DNA from: Eledone cirrhosa
Lineage: Eukaryota
DNA: 64,000 bases
Assembly (NCBI GenBank): GCA_964016885.1
Contig: OZ024742.1
Coordinates: 243,598,001 to 243,662,000, forward strand
Direction of reading: 5' to 3'
Positions 50,655 to 64,000 of this stretch are shown piece after piece (positions within the stretch are counted from its first letter, which is position 1; every line of letters starts with the position of its first letter). Both the position numbers and the translations under genes were made by a program. The notes under the pieces are model-generated. The model saw nothing but the letters and a program-made list of their open reading frames with translations, was not told the DNA's origin and searched no databases.

Positions 50655-50803
50655 AATATGGTTTTATAAATATAGTTTCCATTTGTTTAATATCGTATAT
50701 ATATATATATATATATAACAAAGGAATTGTGGTAAGGAACCAGATGGACCATAACACACCAGAGTGCTCAATACTTAGGGTAGTAGAGTGGGAAATAGGA
50801 AAA

Positions 50804-50947
50804 AGGATTACCCCCGACGGCAGAGCTCAAGCCGTTTCGACGGCTATTTCTGGACTAGTCCAGAAATAGCCGTCGAAACGGCTTGAGCTCTGCCGTCGGG
50901 GTCATCCTAGCCGTCGAAACAGCTTGAGCTCTGCCGTCGGGGTCATC

Positions 50948-50950
<3 letters not shown>
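50804..50950. mobile_element. Spacerless palindrome (centre 50856/50857) plus a tandem 40-bp duplication; contains the 3' half of a hammerhead
   Basis: GAAA-CGGC ttgagctct GCCG-TC-GGGG; related sequence at about 49975-50010 (-). Confidence 0.6.
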
Positions 50951-51005
<55 letters not shown>

Positions 51006-51074
51006 GTATATATATACGAGTATTTATGATTACATGCGGACGGGTGGATTAGAGAGCGAGAGAGAGAGAGAGAG

Positions 51075-51199
<125 letters not shown>

Positions 51200-51503
51200 A
51201 GTTTGTTTCAATTGTTTTCCGACGTTCTCTTTTCTATTTAAACAATCAGTAATTTGTTTTAATAATAACACTGTTTAAAGATATGATAATACACGTAGGT
51301 TTTGATTGAGTTGACCAAGTTTCAGAATAAAAGTGTGGTCGATATCAATTTGCTTGTTGGTTGTTAAAAATACATAAAAGCGTCACTAGATAAGCATGCG
51401 TCTGTTTATATATAGGTGCTTGGGTGTGCGCGCGCGTACGTGTATGTGTGTGCGCGTGTGTATGTATGTGTGTGGTTTATATATATGTATGTGTGTGCGT
51501 GTT

Positions 51504-51557
<54 letters not shown>

Positions 51558-53762
51558 GTGTGTGTGTGCGTGTGGTTTATATATATATATACGTGTATGT
51601 GTGTATGTGGTTTATATATATGTGTGTGTCTGTGTCTGCGTGTGCGTGTATATAAGTTTGTAGAAAACAACTGCTACTTACAGGTTAATATAACCAAGTG
51701 GACTGTTAAACGAAGTCTCAGCGCGATTAAAGTCCATGTTAGGATCCAGTACTAAGAGACAACGTAGATGAAAATGTTCGAAAGTATGGTTCCAATAAAG
51801 ACAAAGGACGGAATAAACGTCATGTCTTTGTGTGTGTGTAATGTTACTTTCCCTGTTTAGTTCGGTGTCTAAGTTTGGATCTTCGTCTTCTTTAGTGGTT
51901 GGCAGCTTATCGTTGCCAAATTTCAACACTGTATACATACATACATGTGCAACTTGCTCCAACGAAAGTTACCAAAGCTCTCTCATGTACATCTCTCTCT
52001 AACACGCACACACACATACATCACCCTCACTCCGCCTCACTCTCACTCTCTCTCTCTCTCTCAGCATGCATGTACTGAGGTTGTAAACGTTAGTCTTCTA
52101 CTCATCCCACTACTGAAAAAAAAAAGTATTTCAGCAGCACCGTAGATAAAAAGAAACGTATAGAGGAAATATTGACATTAACAATAAGGATTGTAAGCCA
52201 GTATAGTTTCTTCTGTTAGAAAAGTGCTCTAATGTAGTCTGATAAATTAGCTGAGTTTCGATGTTGGGTAAACTTTTTTTTAGAATGATTGACGTCCACT
52301 GCTTAAATGTTAAAGATGTTGGTGATTTTGTTATACATGGAAAATGGTTTTTCAGGCTTGAGATTTAATTTTTTTTTTTTTTTCCTACAAATTGTTTATT
52401 ATTTAATTATAAAGATATTCTCATCATTAGTGTTAAAACCACTTTCATCTGTACAGCACACGCATGTACAAAAACAATACTTATATGTTGTTTACTCCAG
52501 GTCAGCGCTGATCACGCAGGCCTATGACTAAAGACGTTCCATCATCTCATTTATTTTATATTTATTTATTTATTTAGACATAGTCTATCTTGGACTAAAT
52601 TATCCAATGTGTCCTTTCTGTTTTAAATGTTAAGTGATTTGAAGAAGATTTGACAGATACCGAAATAAACGAGGTACATGAAATTATTAATTGCGTAAAA
52701 GTTCCCTTCCCTGGTTCGCTCAGTGTTTTTTAGCTCCAGGTCAGCCCAAATAGAGTAAAATCTATGATTATAAGCCTTCAAGTCATTACCAGCCCTTCTT
52801 GTTTTTCTGCTATTTAGGACTACATTAGACATCATCTTTGATTATTATTAGTATTTTAGACTAGCGATATTTCGCTACTATTTCTAGCAGACATGATGAT
52901 TTCTTTTGAATGAAACAGTTCTGGTCCTGTAGAAGCCATTTCTATATTAAACTTGATGTTTACACTCTACTCGTGTATTGAGTACCTTACTAATTGTGAT
53001 TACCCCCGATTGAACCCGGGATTCACACACACATATATATTTATTTATTTATTTATATATGTATATATAGTTCAAGGAGACAACAAACAGGTACAAGAAG
53101 TCTTATTAGTTTACTTTACTCATAGACCTCGAATATTTGAATTTTTATTAAATATATGTGTGTGTGTGCACACACATACATATATTTATATATATGTTAG
53201 TAGAGTAGGTTGAGTGTACAAAGTACTACTACCTCTAAGAAAGAGAGAACTCAATACAATCGTAGAGTAAACTGTATTCTTGATATTTGAATGTTTCAAA
53301 GTTCACAATCACTAGTAGTATTTTCACATCTCACCAGGAATCTTCAAACTATATTTATTTATTTGGCTGCGGCTGTTTGGTGTTGCTTAGAAATTCATAT
53401 TGAATTTTTAATTATTAAGTTATGATTATATTTTGATACATGAAAATAATGTTGTTTATTACAACCATTTGATATTGGTATTGCCAACTGTAAGTATTGA
53501 CATCAGATAAAATATTCAGTAACAGCTTTTTATTTCAATAGTGTATAGCTAATAAGCTTCACATATTCTTAAATACATTGACAATAATTCCCATACACTC
53601 TCGCATATTTGTAACTATAAATAGACGGATGTTTGCAAGCACACGTTTATAGTAACACAACCACTAACACATTTTGTTGATGTGTTTTCTTATGATAAAC
53701 ACTTGATATCATAATTAGATACATTTAACCATGCCAACAACAAAACTCTCAGAGGTTCTTTA

Positions 53763-55043
53763 CACAAGGGTGGACTGAAAAGTTCCTAGGCTGAATATGA
53801 AACAGTGAGGCTAAAGCTCTGAAATTTTACATGCATTCATTTCAACTATTCTAATAACTGCATTGTTTCTTTCCAGGTAAACTGACATCTGACTGTTCAA
53901 AGAAGACTTCAAAGGTAACGTCTCTTGAAAATGGACAAAATTTGGCATCATGGTGTTATCAAGTACCTGCAGATAAAAGGTTAAGCCCCCAAGGACATTC
54001 ATGCTGACTTGGTTGCTACATTATGGGATGACACTCCAGCTTCATCAACTGTGCAAAAGTGGGCAGCTGAATTTAGGAAAGGAAGGGAGAGTCTTGAAAA
54101 TAACCCATGTTCTGGATGTCCTGCAACTTCCACCACAAAGGAAAACATTGATTGTGTTCACTATATGATGGTGGATGACAGGTAGTTGACTATAAATCAA
54201 ATAGCCAATACTATTACCAGATCCCATGAGAGAGTTGAGAATATTCTGCACAATGAACTTGGCATGATGAAGATTTCTGCTCGGTGGGTGCCATGTCTTC
54301 TGACACCTGATCAAAAGCACACCAGGCTGATCACATCACAGGAAAACCTGACATTGTCTGAGGCAGATCCAGCTGGTTTCTTTGAACAGTTCCTAATCCA
54401 GGATGAGTGTTGGGTTCATCACTTTGAGCTAGAGACAAAGAGACAATCCATGCAGTGGAAACACACCACCTCAGCTGCTCCAAAGAAGACCAGAGTCATT
54501 GCATCTGCAGGGAAAGTGATGGCCTCAGTTTTGGGGGATGCAAAAGACATTGTGTTTATTAACAATCTTCAAAAGGGCCACACCATCAAGGAAGAGTACT
54601 ATGCCAACTTACCGAGGCAGTTACAAAAGGCTATCAAGACCAAACATCCAGGAAAACTGATGAAAGGAGTTTTGTTTCATCAGGACACTGCTCCTTGGTT
54701 TCAATGGCTACTGTGTGTGATTGTGGCTTTGAACTGGTTGATCACCCTCTTTATTCTCCTTATTTTTCCCTATCTGGTTATCATCTGTTCCTCAACATGA
54801 AAAAACATTTGATTTGTAACCAGTATCGCAGTGATAATGAGGTCATATCTGCTTTTGATGACTTTTTTTACCTTTTACCAACAGGATGAAAGCTTCTCCA
54901 CCAATGGGATCCAAGCATTTCAACACCAATGAAAGATGTGTGTGGACCAGAAATGGCAGGGGGGCAATGTTGATAAATAAATATTGGTCACATTACATGA
55001 AAGTATCTTGGTCAGCCTATGTTGTTTTCAGCCTATCCTCTTA
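53763..55043 (+). mobile_element. Decayed mariner transposon, about 1.28 kb; transposase pseudogene from 53931
   Basis: HTH region (STVQKWAAEFRKGRESLE), WVPCLLT, DECWV, FHQD, YSPYFSLSGYHLF (degenerate YSPDLAP.D); stops and frameshifts; degenerate TIRs ...CTGAAAA...TAGGCTGA. Confidence 0.92.
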
Positions 55044-56305
55044 AGTTTCTGTGAGTTAGGGAATATAGTAGATTTGAAAAGTTTGATTCATAACATTTGC
55101 TGTGATGATTTACTGTATATTTTCGAATGTAACTTGACCCCGTTTTATGTCTAAGAAATAGACAAAAATCCAAACCCCATTTATAAGCCAAGGCAGGTAA
55201 TCAACACATTATGTTTAGATGGTGCAGTTTTGAAATTCTTGTGAGTGGAGAATATATTTATGAAGTTTTGATATTCAAAATATTTCAAGTGTTGTTTAAA
55301 ATATAGTTTGTGTTTCTCAACTCTATTATGTAATGATATTTCCAATGCGAAATACGAATTTCACGTCGAAAGGGAAACCAGTGTAATATTCACCTTCAAA
55401 GCAAAAATATTTTACTACCTCATTTACATAGAATTTTGAAGTAGGGGAAAATCAATGAAATATCGAGCTTGAATATAAATCAACACCCCTTCTCATTTTA
55501 TCATTGATTTTTTTGGTCACATATTTTTCGGCTTATATACAAATATAGATGGTACTTGTGACACATTCATTACTGACAGAACCAGTAATGCAATAGTCAT
55601 CTTCAGTACCTTTGTTTCATTTTACTAAACAACAAACCACACTTGTTAGAGACCCAATTCTTACTTCTAATTTCTAAATTATTAAGCTTGAGCATATAGA
55701 TATTTTCTTTACTCCCTGCTTCCCACTAGTCACGGTGGCCACAAAAAGTGTCCTGGGCACTGCCTTTCCCTTCCAATTGTACAGTAAAAAAAAATCACAA
55801 GTCTTATATATTATCCAAGTAGACATGAAACTTAAAAGTTTTATAATCATTTTATTATTTACATATTTTTACATTCTGATTTCGAATCCCTTATTGTGGT
55901 CGATATAATTGACTATACCTCTCCAAATAGTACACCTTGTGCCTAAATTAAGAATTAATATTTTAGTAATTTCTTTGGTTCTCTTAAAGCTGGTCCTGTT
56001 GAATGAAAAACTCATTTATTAAAGGCAATATTTATCTTCAAACACTCATACATAATACTGAAGACTTTACTAAAGAATAAAGACATTAGTAAATGTCTTT
56101 ATATAAAACTTGAGATTTAAGGAATGCATTAACAATATCATCACCAGCTAAAATAGTTTTTTTTTCTTCAACTTCAGGACAAATCTTCCAAAACATATTT
56201 TTTACTCTTTTACTTGTTCCAGCCATCCGGCTGAGGCCATGCTGGGGCACTGCCCTTGGAATATCTTTCTGAAATTGAAAAAAAATGATAATAATTTGAT
56301 GGCTA

Positions 56306-56497
56306 ATAATAATTGTTTCTACTTTTGGCACAAGGCCAGCAATTATATCCCAGTGTATTACTGGTACTTTATTTTATCGACCCCGTAAGGATGAAAGGCA
56401 AAGTTAACCTTGGCGCGATTTGAACTCAGAATGGAAAGGGCCATAACTCTATGCGTCAAAGCATGGCGTCCGACCCTCTACCGCTACTGCAATCCAA
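56306..56497 (-). mobile_element. ATT-tailed tRNA SINE
   Basis: Same head, body and tail; flanked by ATTATT on both sides on the - strand. Confidence 0.88.
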
Positions 56498-58109
56498 TAA
56501 TAATGAAATATATTTCCCCTCTCCACTACTCATGAAATAAATTCTGTAGAATGATGCTTCGAACTATATTAGTTACTTACTAAGGAAAAATTAGAATCAT
56601 TTTAGAAACAATTTTTTTTTAATATCTATAATATTGGTAAGAGTTATATGGTATAAGAAATTGAAAAGTTATCTCCCCTTAGCATGGCTAACTAAATTGA
56701 GCCTTGCTTTAAATAACAACAATAATAATTCAAAAGTGACCTCTCCTTAACGTTATAACATTTTACCATTCAATCGACCCAGGATTAGTGCTTTATTTAT
56801 CGGCCTTGAAAAGATGTAAGCCAAAATTGACCTCAGTGAGATTTGAACTTAGACTGCAGAGCACCGAATTAAATACAGAGAAAAGATTAAAGGGTTGTTA
56901 ATGCAGCTCAATTTTTTTTTCTCGAGAAAGACTGTAGTTTACCACTATTGACTAAGGTGGTAATTCACAAGGGGAAGGCATAGCTTTACGATAAAGTTCA
57001 CATCACAGCCACTTGTTTTCAAGCACGATGTATCTATATTTTTCAATAATTTCCAACTGTTTTTTTTTTAACCGGTGGTGGGGTTTGAAGGAGATTTTAG
57101 TTGCTATTTCTAGTAGATCGAGTAACCTTAGCCTCCCTCGCTGGCTCATATTTCATTGTGTTGACAAGAAAGGGGAAGTGACAGATATAGTAGAGAGATA
57201 TGCTAAAGACATTATAGTTATTTCCCTTTATGTTCTGAATTCAAATTTCAGAGTGGTTGACTTTGCCTTTCATGCCTCCATGGATGATTAATAAAATAGG
57301 AAGAGACTATGTAGCCGGTAAGAGTGTGAGACACCATGAGTTGCGGCCCGAGTTAAGACAATTTGAAATCTTTTCCACCATCAACTGTTAAAAAACAAGT
57401 TAAAATCATTTAGTCACCCATTCATTGCGTACGTTACGCTTTAGTTAATACACACAGATCTACACGTAAATACATAAACAGATACAGACAACAGAAGGAA
57501 GGGGCTGGTGAAACGCTATAGCGATGTGTGTTGCATCCCTTTAGGTTTACGGGCTTCATAACTCCAATAATGGGGGAAATTATTATCAAAATGGTTGTTC
57601 TAAGTTTAAGGATCTTCTTCCACATCGACCAGTCAATCTCAAAATTTAAGTATATTGGATTAAGGAAATAGAGAATTTTTCAGAAAAAAAACACTCATTA
57701 AGTCTAAAAACAATATTTACCTCATCTACCGAAGGTTAGGAGTAGAAGATCCCATGTAAACCTTAAGGTCATTTGCTGTACCTTTAATCAATTTACAGGG
57801 AATGCTTTTCTCCTGTAAATTTTTGTAAGCTTCAAATCTGTGACAACCACCAAATGAATAATAATAGTTTCCACCTTCTGATCCTGTGATCCACAAAACA
57901 TCAATAGGGGGTACAAGGTCCCTGGTATCAGGATTCTATAATGATAAAAAAAGATGTATGAATGTATGTATATATGATAGCAGCTATATATAAATATATA
58001 TATAGTGAGTAATAATAAATATTACCCAGTTACAAGTATGAAAATAGCTCAATGTAAAATAACAAGTATACTACAGAACTGAAATACAATGTAAATGACA
58101 ATCAAAGAG

Positions 58110-58490
58110 TGTTTTAGAACATTTAATCACTTACGATCGTTTCATCCTAGCACAAGGCTGATATCATTGGAGTAGATAACAAAGGTCAAACACAAATATA
58201 ATATTAAAACTTTGTCACTAGAATATTAGGAGGATACATAATATGGGAGGCTAGATAAGCATAAGTATCAACATTTATATAAGATAACAGAGGTGGTGGA
58301 AGCATATGAAGAATAGGAGCATATAAATACAATAAAAATTATGAGCCGATAAAAGCATTAAAAATTAAAAATTAAAAAACATACTGTTATAATGATATTG
58401 ATATAGAAATTTATGTTGACCTTTGTTATCTACTCGGATGATCCGGCCTTGTGCTAGGATGAAACGATCGTAAGTGATTAAATGTTTTAA
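58110..58490. mobile_element. Inverted PLE-like remnant with mutated hammerheads
   Basis: About 58110-58190 mirrors about 58416-58490; TACT-CGGATGA-TCC...GGAT-GAAA-cgatcg-TA-AGTG at 58431-58476. Confidence 0.62.
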
Positions 58491-58574
58491 ACCCTCCTTG
58501 ATTGTTATTTACATTGTATGTATATATGTATGAAAATAAAATGGCCAAAGACCAAAAAAGCTGCTTGCAAGTGA

Positions 58575-58928
58575 GAGAAAGTAGACCCAGCAGTTCCTCA
58601 ATTTGTTTGCCATAAGTGTGGCCAAATATGCCTGTCAAACGCAGGACTCCAAAGCCACCTCAGGAGTCACATAGACAACCCACCAACAGACTATGCCAAG
58701 TTCATAATTGCAGACCCACTTTCTAGTGATGTATACGGCAACATTTACAAGAGCCACTCTGGACTTACTTGTGATGTATGTGACAAAATTTGCAAGAGCC
58801 ACTCTGGACTCACAAAACACTTAAAGACCCATAAGGATCTTTCAATTGAGAGGCCTAACCTTCAGGTTGTAAATATAGATTTAGATTTAGTTTGTGGAAA
58901 ATTCTGTATGTCTCTCAGTGGCTTCTAA
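58575..58928 (+). pseudogene. Tandem C2H2 zinc-finger fragment, not in ORF track; probably an RTE ORF2 C-terminus
   Basis: Frame from 58581 reads FVCHKCGQICLSNAGLQSHLRSH ... LTCDVCDKICKSHSGLTKHLKTH ... VCGKFCMSLSGF*SH; no start codon, in-frame TGA at 58572. Confidence 0.7.
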
Positions 58929-59633
58929 AGTCATTGCCAATATATAGAGAGAGGGGTGGGGAGAAAGAAAGGAAGATAGATAGATTTTGGAAATAAAAAA
59001 GATGTGTATATGTATGAATATGAGAGAGGGGACAGTGATTGAATGTGTGTGCACAGACAGACAGACTGACAGATAGATAGAGGGAGATTGAAAATATATA
59101 TATATACACAGAGAAAGAGGGAGAGATTGAGAAATATATATATATATAGAGAGAGAGAGAGGGAGAGAGAAAGAGACTGATGGGAAAACAGATAGATAAA
59201 GAGATTGACAGATTACTATTTATATATTAATATTCAATATGGTTTTAGCCATCTAGGACTTTTTAACATCTATCTAATATAGACTTTATGCCACCTGCAA
59301 CCTCCCTTCCTTTCCCCTACCTCTACTTTTGTCTCACTCTCTTGCCTCCTTCTGACTCTACATATTCCTCTCCCTTTCACATCCTTGACTGTCCGCCTTC
59401 TTCATTCTGTCTGCCGGGGCCATGGGACGGCCAGCACGTGGGCACCCATTTGCTCATAATACAGAGAGATGGGGAGGGCGAGAGAGATGGAGGCGATGAC
59501 AGTGGGAGTTCAGCTCTTCTGTGTTCGGACCTGGTGTGCAGTGTCAGTTATCCGAAGGGGGGTAGTGATTTGTACTTAGCGAAGGTTTTTAGAACCTTGT
59601 GTTTGTGATTCCTGTGTGTATTATTATATATTA

Positions 59634-59828
59634 GGGCGGTGAATTGGCAGTATCGGTAGAGGGTTGGATGCCATGCTTTGATGCATAGAGTTACGGCCCT
59701 TGCCATTCTGAGTTCAAATCCCGCCGAGGTTAACTTTGCCTTTCATCCTTACGGGGTCGATAAAATAAAGTACCAGTAATGCACTGGGTAATTGCTGGCC
59801 TTGTGCCAAAAGTAGAAACAATTATTAT
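59634..59828 (+). mobile_element. ATT-tailed tRNA SINE
   Basis: GGCGGTGAATTGGCAGTATCGG head ... TGGCCTTGTGCCAAAAGTAGAAACAATTATT. Confidence 0.9.
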
Positions 59829-60019
59829 ATATTTGGGTTCAAAGTAAAATCATAGTCTATATATAAATATATATCATCTGGTTATAAATCACATCCACTA
59901 CACCCTGTAAAGTGGTTGATGATAGGGAGGGCACCTAGCCATACAAATCTTGCCAGCAGGCAAATGTGTGGAGAAATTATATAATATATGTTGGCTCTGT
60001 ATACAATCTAGAGTGCTCT

Positions 60020-62480
60020 TTAGGCCCCAGCTCTTTCTGTAGTTGGATGTGTCACTATTCATCGGATAGGTAACAATGATGGGGTAGGTGAAGTAAGCCT
60101 ACTGTTAGCTGAGAAATGGATAAATGAAATAACTGAGGTAGCCAAACTTAGACTAGTCCGATGCAATAGAATAACTACTGTTATCTTAGTCTATGAGAAA
60201 TGAGCAAGTATCATTTCTTTAAGATCTTGTGGATCATCTTAATAACAAGTAACAGTGACTTCATTATTGTGGCTAGTGACTTTAATAGATATGTTTGACA
60301 ATACCTGGATGGCTACTCTTGAGTATATGGTAGCTGTAGGTATGACTCAAGGAAAGAAGAAAGGTCAAGACTTCCAGCAGGTCTGTGAATCAAATGATCT
60401 AATCATCTGCAACATTATTCTGGGACCCAAGTTTTTCAACCTCCTCGCAATGGACCCTGAAAACTGACCATCATCATCATCATCGTTTAACATCCATCTT
60501 CCATGCTAGCATGGGTTAATCTCTTATCTCAATCAGGTGAATGACAACAACATGAGACCAACTCATGCACAAGAAGAAGAACATGAAATCAATCAGCCAC
60601 ATAATCACCTACCAATTAGGATGGTGACATGGTGGTGGAATAGTACAATAGATAGAGCCATAACAGCTGAAAGGAAAGTCTGAAAGATTAAAATAGAGGG
60701 CAGCAAAGGGCCATATCAAGACACTAGATATCAGATTTACATAGCACAAAGAGAAACTGTTAACAAGTGGATTTCTAGTGTTCTGCATTGACAGGATTAG
60801 AGGCATGAGATATCCCCAGATGTTGTTGGGAAAAAGTGTATTCAGAATAACAGTGGAGCACTTAGCCTACTTGATGCTTAGAAAAAAAGAGTCCTAGAAA
60901 TGTCATTATGGGAGGGGGGGGGGGGGGTACTGAATGTGGAGAATATGTAAGGAAGAAAGGAACTACTCCCAGTAGATCTAACAGAGAGATTAGCTATCAA
61001 GGTCAAGACTGATATAGTTGAGGAGGATATAAAGAAGGGAAAAGCTGCTAAACATTCATGGATAGTCAGTGGGGTGCTGAAAATATCCAGCAAATTAGGA
61101 CCCTAGGTAGCCACTTGCATAATAACTAAGAAGTACATGATGATGTCATACCTGATGACTAGTGTATCAGTATCGTTAGTAGTTGTAACAAGTGTGTGTG
61201 GGGGGGGGGGGGCAGAATTGGTAGAGCATCAGATAAAATACCTCTGCAATCTTTGTTCTGGTTCTTTACATTCGGGGTTCAAATTCCACCATTGTCAACT
61301 TTGTCTTTAATCCTTCCAATGTCGATAAAATAAAGTACCAATCAAGTACTGTAGGAAGACCCCAGCATCATTTAGCAAGAAGAAAAAGAATCAAGTACTG
61401 GGTTGATTTAATCAACTTTATACTTCCTCCAAATTTGCTGGCTCCGGACTTAATTAGAAATCAATAATAATGATTTCTAGTATAGGCACAAAGCCAGTAA
61501 TTTGGGGAGAGGGGAAAATCGATTAAATCGACCCAGTACATTACTGGTGCTTTATTTTATCGACCCCATAAGGATGAAAAGCAAAGTTAACCTCGACAGG
61601 ATTTAAACTCAGATCATAATGGAACGTAACTCTATGCCACAAAGCATGGCGTCAGACCCTCTACTGATACTGCCAATCCACCACAATAATAATACTGATT
61701 TCTAATAGAGAATTTTTAAGAGGGTGATGGATTGGCAGTTGTTAGAGTACTGACCAAATGTATAGCAGTATTTTTCTGGCTCTACATTCTAAGTTCAAAT
61801 CTTGCCAAAGTCAGCTTTGCTTTTCATCCTTCTGGTATCAATGAAATAAAGTTCCAGTAAAGTACTGGAGCTGATACAATCGACTTTTCCCTCTCCACAA
61901 ATTATTTAACCTTATACATGTAGTTGTCACGGTAAAAAGTACCCAGCACACACTGTAAATGTGGTTGGCGTTAGGAAGGGCATCCAACCGTAGAAAACCA
62001 GCCAGAAACTCTGCTATATGAGCGAGACACGATCACCCAACCCAACTTGCCTCTAATTGGGACAAACCCGTCTAACCCATGCTACCCTGGTATATAGACG
62101 TTAATGGAGAATGATGATGATGATGATGATATACCTAAATTTAAAAATTCATTATTAATTGCTACAAGGTCAAAGGTAATGCTCAAGAAAAGAGCACCTG
62201 CAAAGACATCAGACTGATGGATCAAGTTATGAAAGTAGCAGAATTTTATTAGCTCTATTGATTTGAAATAAAATTAGGTGAGATGAGATGTTGTTTGGAT
62301 TTGTGCCAAGATGAAGAACCACTGATGTCCTCTTTTAGTGAGACGACTGCAAGATAAATTTCTAGCTAACAGTAAGCAACTATATTTAGCTTTTGTTGAT
62401 CTGGAGAATGCCTTTGACAGAATACCAGGATTTGTATTATGGTGGTTTTTGAGGAAATTACATGTAGATCAACTGCTGGT
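60020..62480 (+). pseudogene. Old fragmented RTE LINE (APE and RT remnants) interrupted by SINEs
   Basis: LLLAEKWI (APE region); FGFVP, TTDVLF, LYLAFVDLENAFDRIP (RT) at about 62280-62460. Confidence 0.65.
61208..62130. mobile_element. SINE cluster: + SINE (about 61208-61470) tail-to-tail with - SINE (about 61464-61685), another + SINE (about 61722-61915) and an RTE-tail fragment (about 61925-62130)
   Basis: Repeated B-box GTTCAAAT, GC(C/T)TTTCATCCTT-type bodies, shared AAT/ATT junction at about 61463-61471, final (GAT)n. Confidence 0.8.
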
Positions 62481-63058
62481 GGTGGTGGTTCTGGTTGTGT
62501 GGGTTTGATGATGATGACAATAAGGAGGAGAAAGAATACTGTGTAAACATCTATATGTATACTTAAAAATATACATATATAGTCATTTTAAAATATACAT
62601 CTTAGCTAACAACAATGTACAGTGTTGGTGAGAGGTGGGGCATGGTGATGGTGGTGGAAGTTGGTGTGTGGGGGGGGGGGGGGCATGGTTATGGTTGTGG
62701 TGTAAGGATATGAAATGTGCACTCTTCAGTTTGTACTTCACCACACTACCAATTTCCTAAGTAGTGACTCACTGTCAAGGAGTATATACACATTAATTTA
62801 TATTCATATTTTTATTAGAATTTAATATCAAAAACAAATTATATATTAATCATGGTGAATGGATATCGTGAAATATCCATTTTATTCTAATATCTGAGTA
62901 TCAGTGAATTTCATATACCATTAGTTAATAATTGACATTCTTCATTTAAGGTATCTTGAGCCTGACAACCTGGCAGAAGCCACCCTTCTGCTAGTTCTAC
63001 AGACAGGTGGAGTTAAAATCAACATTGAAAGCTGGCAAAATACTTGTCAGTCGTACAA

Positions 63059-63193
63059 CATTGCTGTCATAGAAACACTGATCTGTGAGTCATGCTGTCA
63101 TGTAGAAACACTGATCTGTGAGTCATGCTGTCATAGAAACACTGATCTGTGAGTCATGCTGTCGTGTAGAAACACTGATCTGTGAATCATGCT
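63059..63193. repeat. Minisatellite, about 4.4 copies of a 29-31 bp unit, followed by a (CAA/CAG)n tract at about 63253-63338
   Basis: Unit GCTGTCA(TG)TAGAAACACTGATCTGTGAGTCAT. Confidence 0.9.
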
Positions 63194-64000
63194 TAGTCAT
63201 TTCACCAACCAACAGTTGCATGTACACAGGACTACTCAATCAAAACTGACCTCAACAACAACAGCAGCAACAACAACAACAGCAGCAGCAGCAACAACAA
63301 TAACGATGATGATAACAACAACGAAAACAACAACAACAGTTATCTACTGTTGTCTATACTAATCAGCAAGACATAATTACTGACAGTAGATTGAGTACAT
63401 TGCAATGCCAGTAAGTAGATTTAATCCTTTAGCATTTAAACCAGCTGTATCCGGCCAGAATTCTCTCACCTTTTTCTGTTCAAACCTGCCAGAACTGGCC
63501 ACTCATACTGATGTTAAGCTATTGTTCTCAAAATAAATAATATCAAAATCTCATAGATTCGATATTATGTGAGATAATTATGTGAGGTAAAGCCTTTACC
63601 ATGAAAATACAATAGTATATATAGAGTAATGTAAATTCTAATGGGTTAAACCTATCATCATAAGGCTAGTTGTTTGATACTCTTTCAACTCCCTTATTTG
63701 CTAAGTATACTTGAAAAATAAAATCTCATAACATAGATTTATTCATAAAAGCCTTTTTAACATTTTCATTCAGTGTCAGATTTATAGTTCAGGGGTTTGG
63801 GGTCAAAGGTATATAAAACTTGATAAAACTTTACACCAAAAGGTTTCGCAAAAATTGAAAACATATGGCTTTCAATTATTTTGAATCACCTTCTGATTAT
63901 GTGACCCCAAGTTGTACTTTGATTAGCTTATACCTGAATTCAGCATTGTTGCTGTTATATTAAAAATAATTTATATGATCTAAATCAATATATTATAGAA

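Noticed and set aside
53305-53360. Additional hammerhead on - strand (TTGAAGA...GAAA)
   Set aside because: Core, stem II and cleavage triplet are too degenerate to support.
63059-63193. Approximately 30-bp repeats of CRISPR-like length
   Set aside because: Directly tandem with no spacers; ordinary minisatellite.
63253-63338. PolyQ-coding exon
   Set aside because: (CAA/CAG)n tract is interrupted by stops and lacks splice or ORF context.

Overview
Eukaryotic, very AT-rich, repeat-dominated window. The SINE, RTE and Penelope repertoire and the kilobase (TA)n arrays suggest a cephalopod such as Octopus; this is an inference. No intact host gene is recognisable, and most ORFs in the track are microsatellite artefacts. 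The centrepiece (33570-47976) is a head-to-tail chain of three Tx1/L1-clade non-LTR retrotransposons followed by a tRNA-derived SINE. Each downstream unit starts at or within a few bases of the (ATT)n tail of the previous one. The two full-length LINEs have near-identical ORF2 but very divergent 5'UTR/ORF1. The LINEs and the SINE family share a 3' stem-loop with a CUUGU loop, covarying stems and fixed spacing to the (ATT)n tail. The same hairpin recurs just upstream of ORF1 in both full-length LINEs. A second system is about a dozen short inverted-repeat or palindromic islands, mostly in (TA)n, many carrying minimal hammerhead ribozyme motifs, plus Penelope-like RT fragments. Also present: RTE and CR1 fragments, a decayed mariner, an internally deleted Helitron, an LTR with a tRNA-Trp-like PBS, tiny MITEs, and a possible promoter near 15.7 kb.
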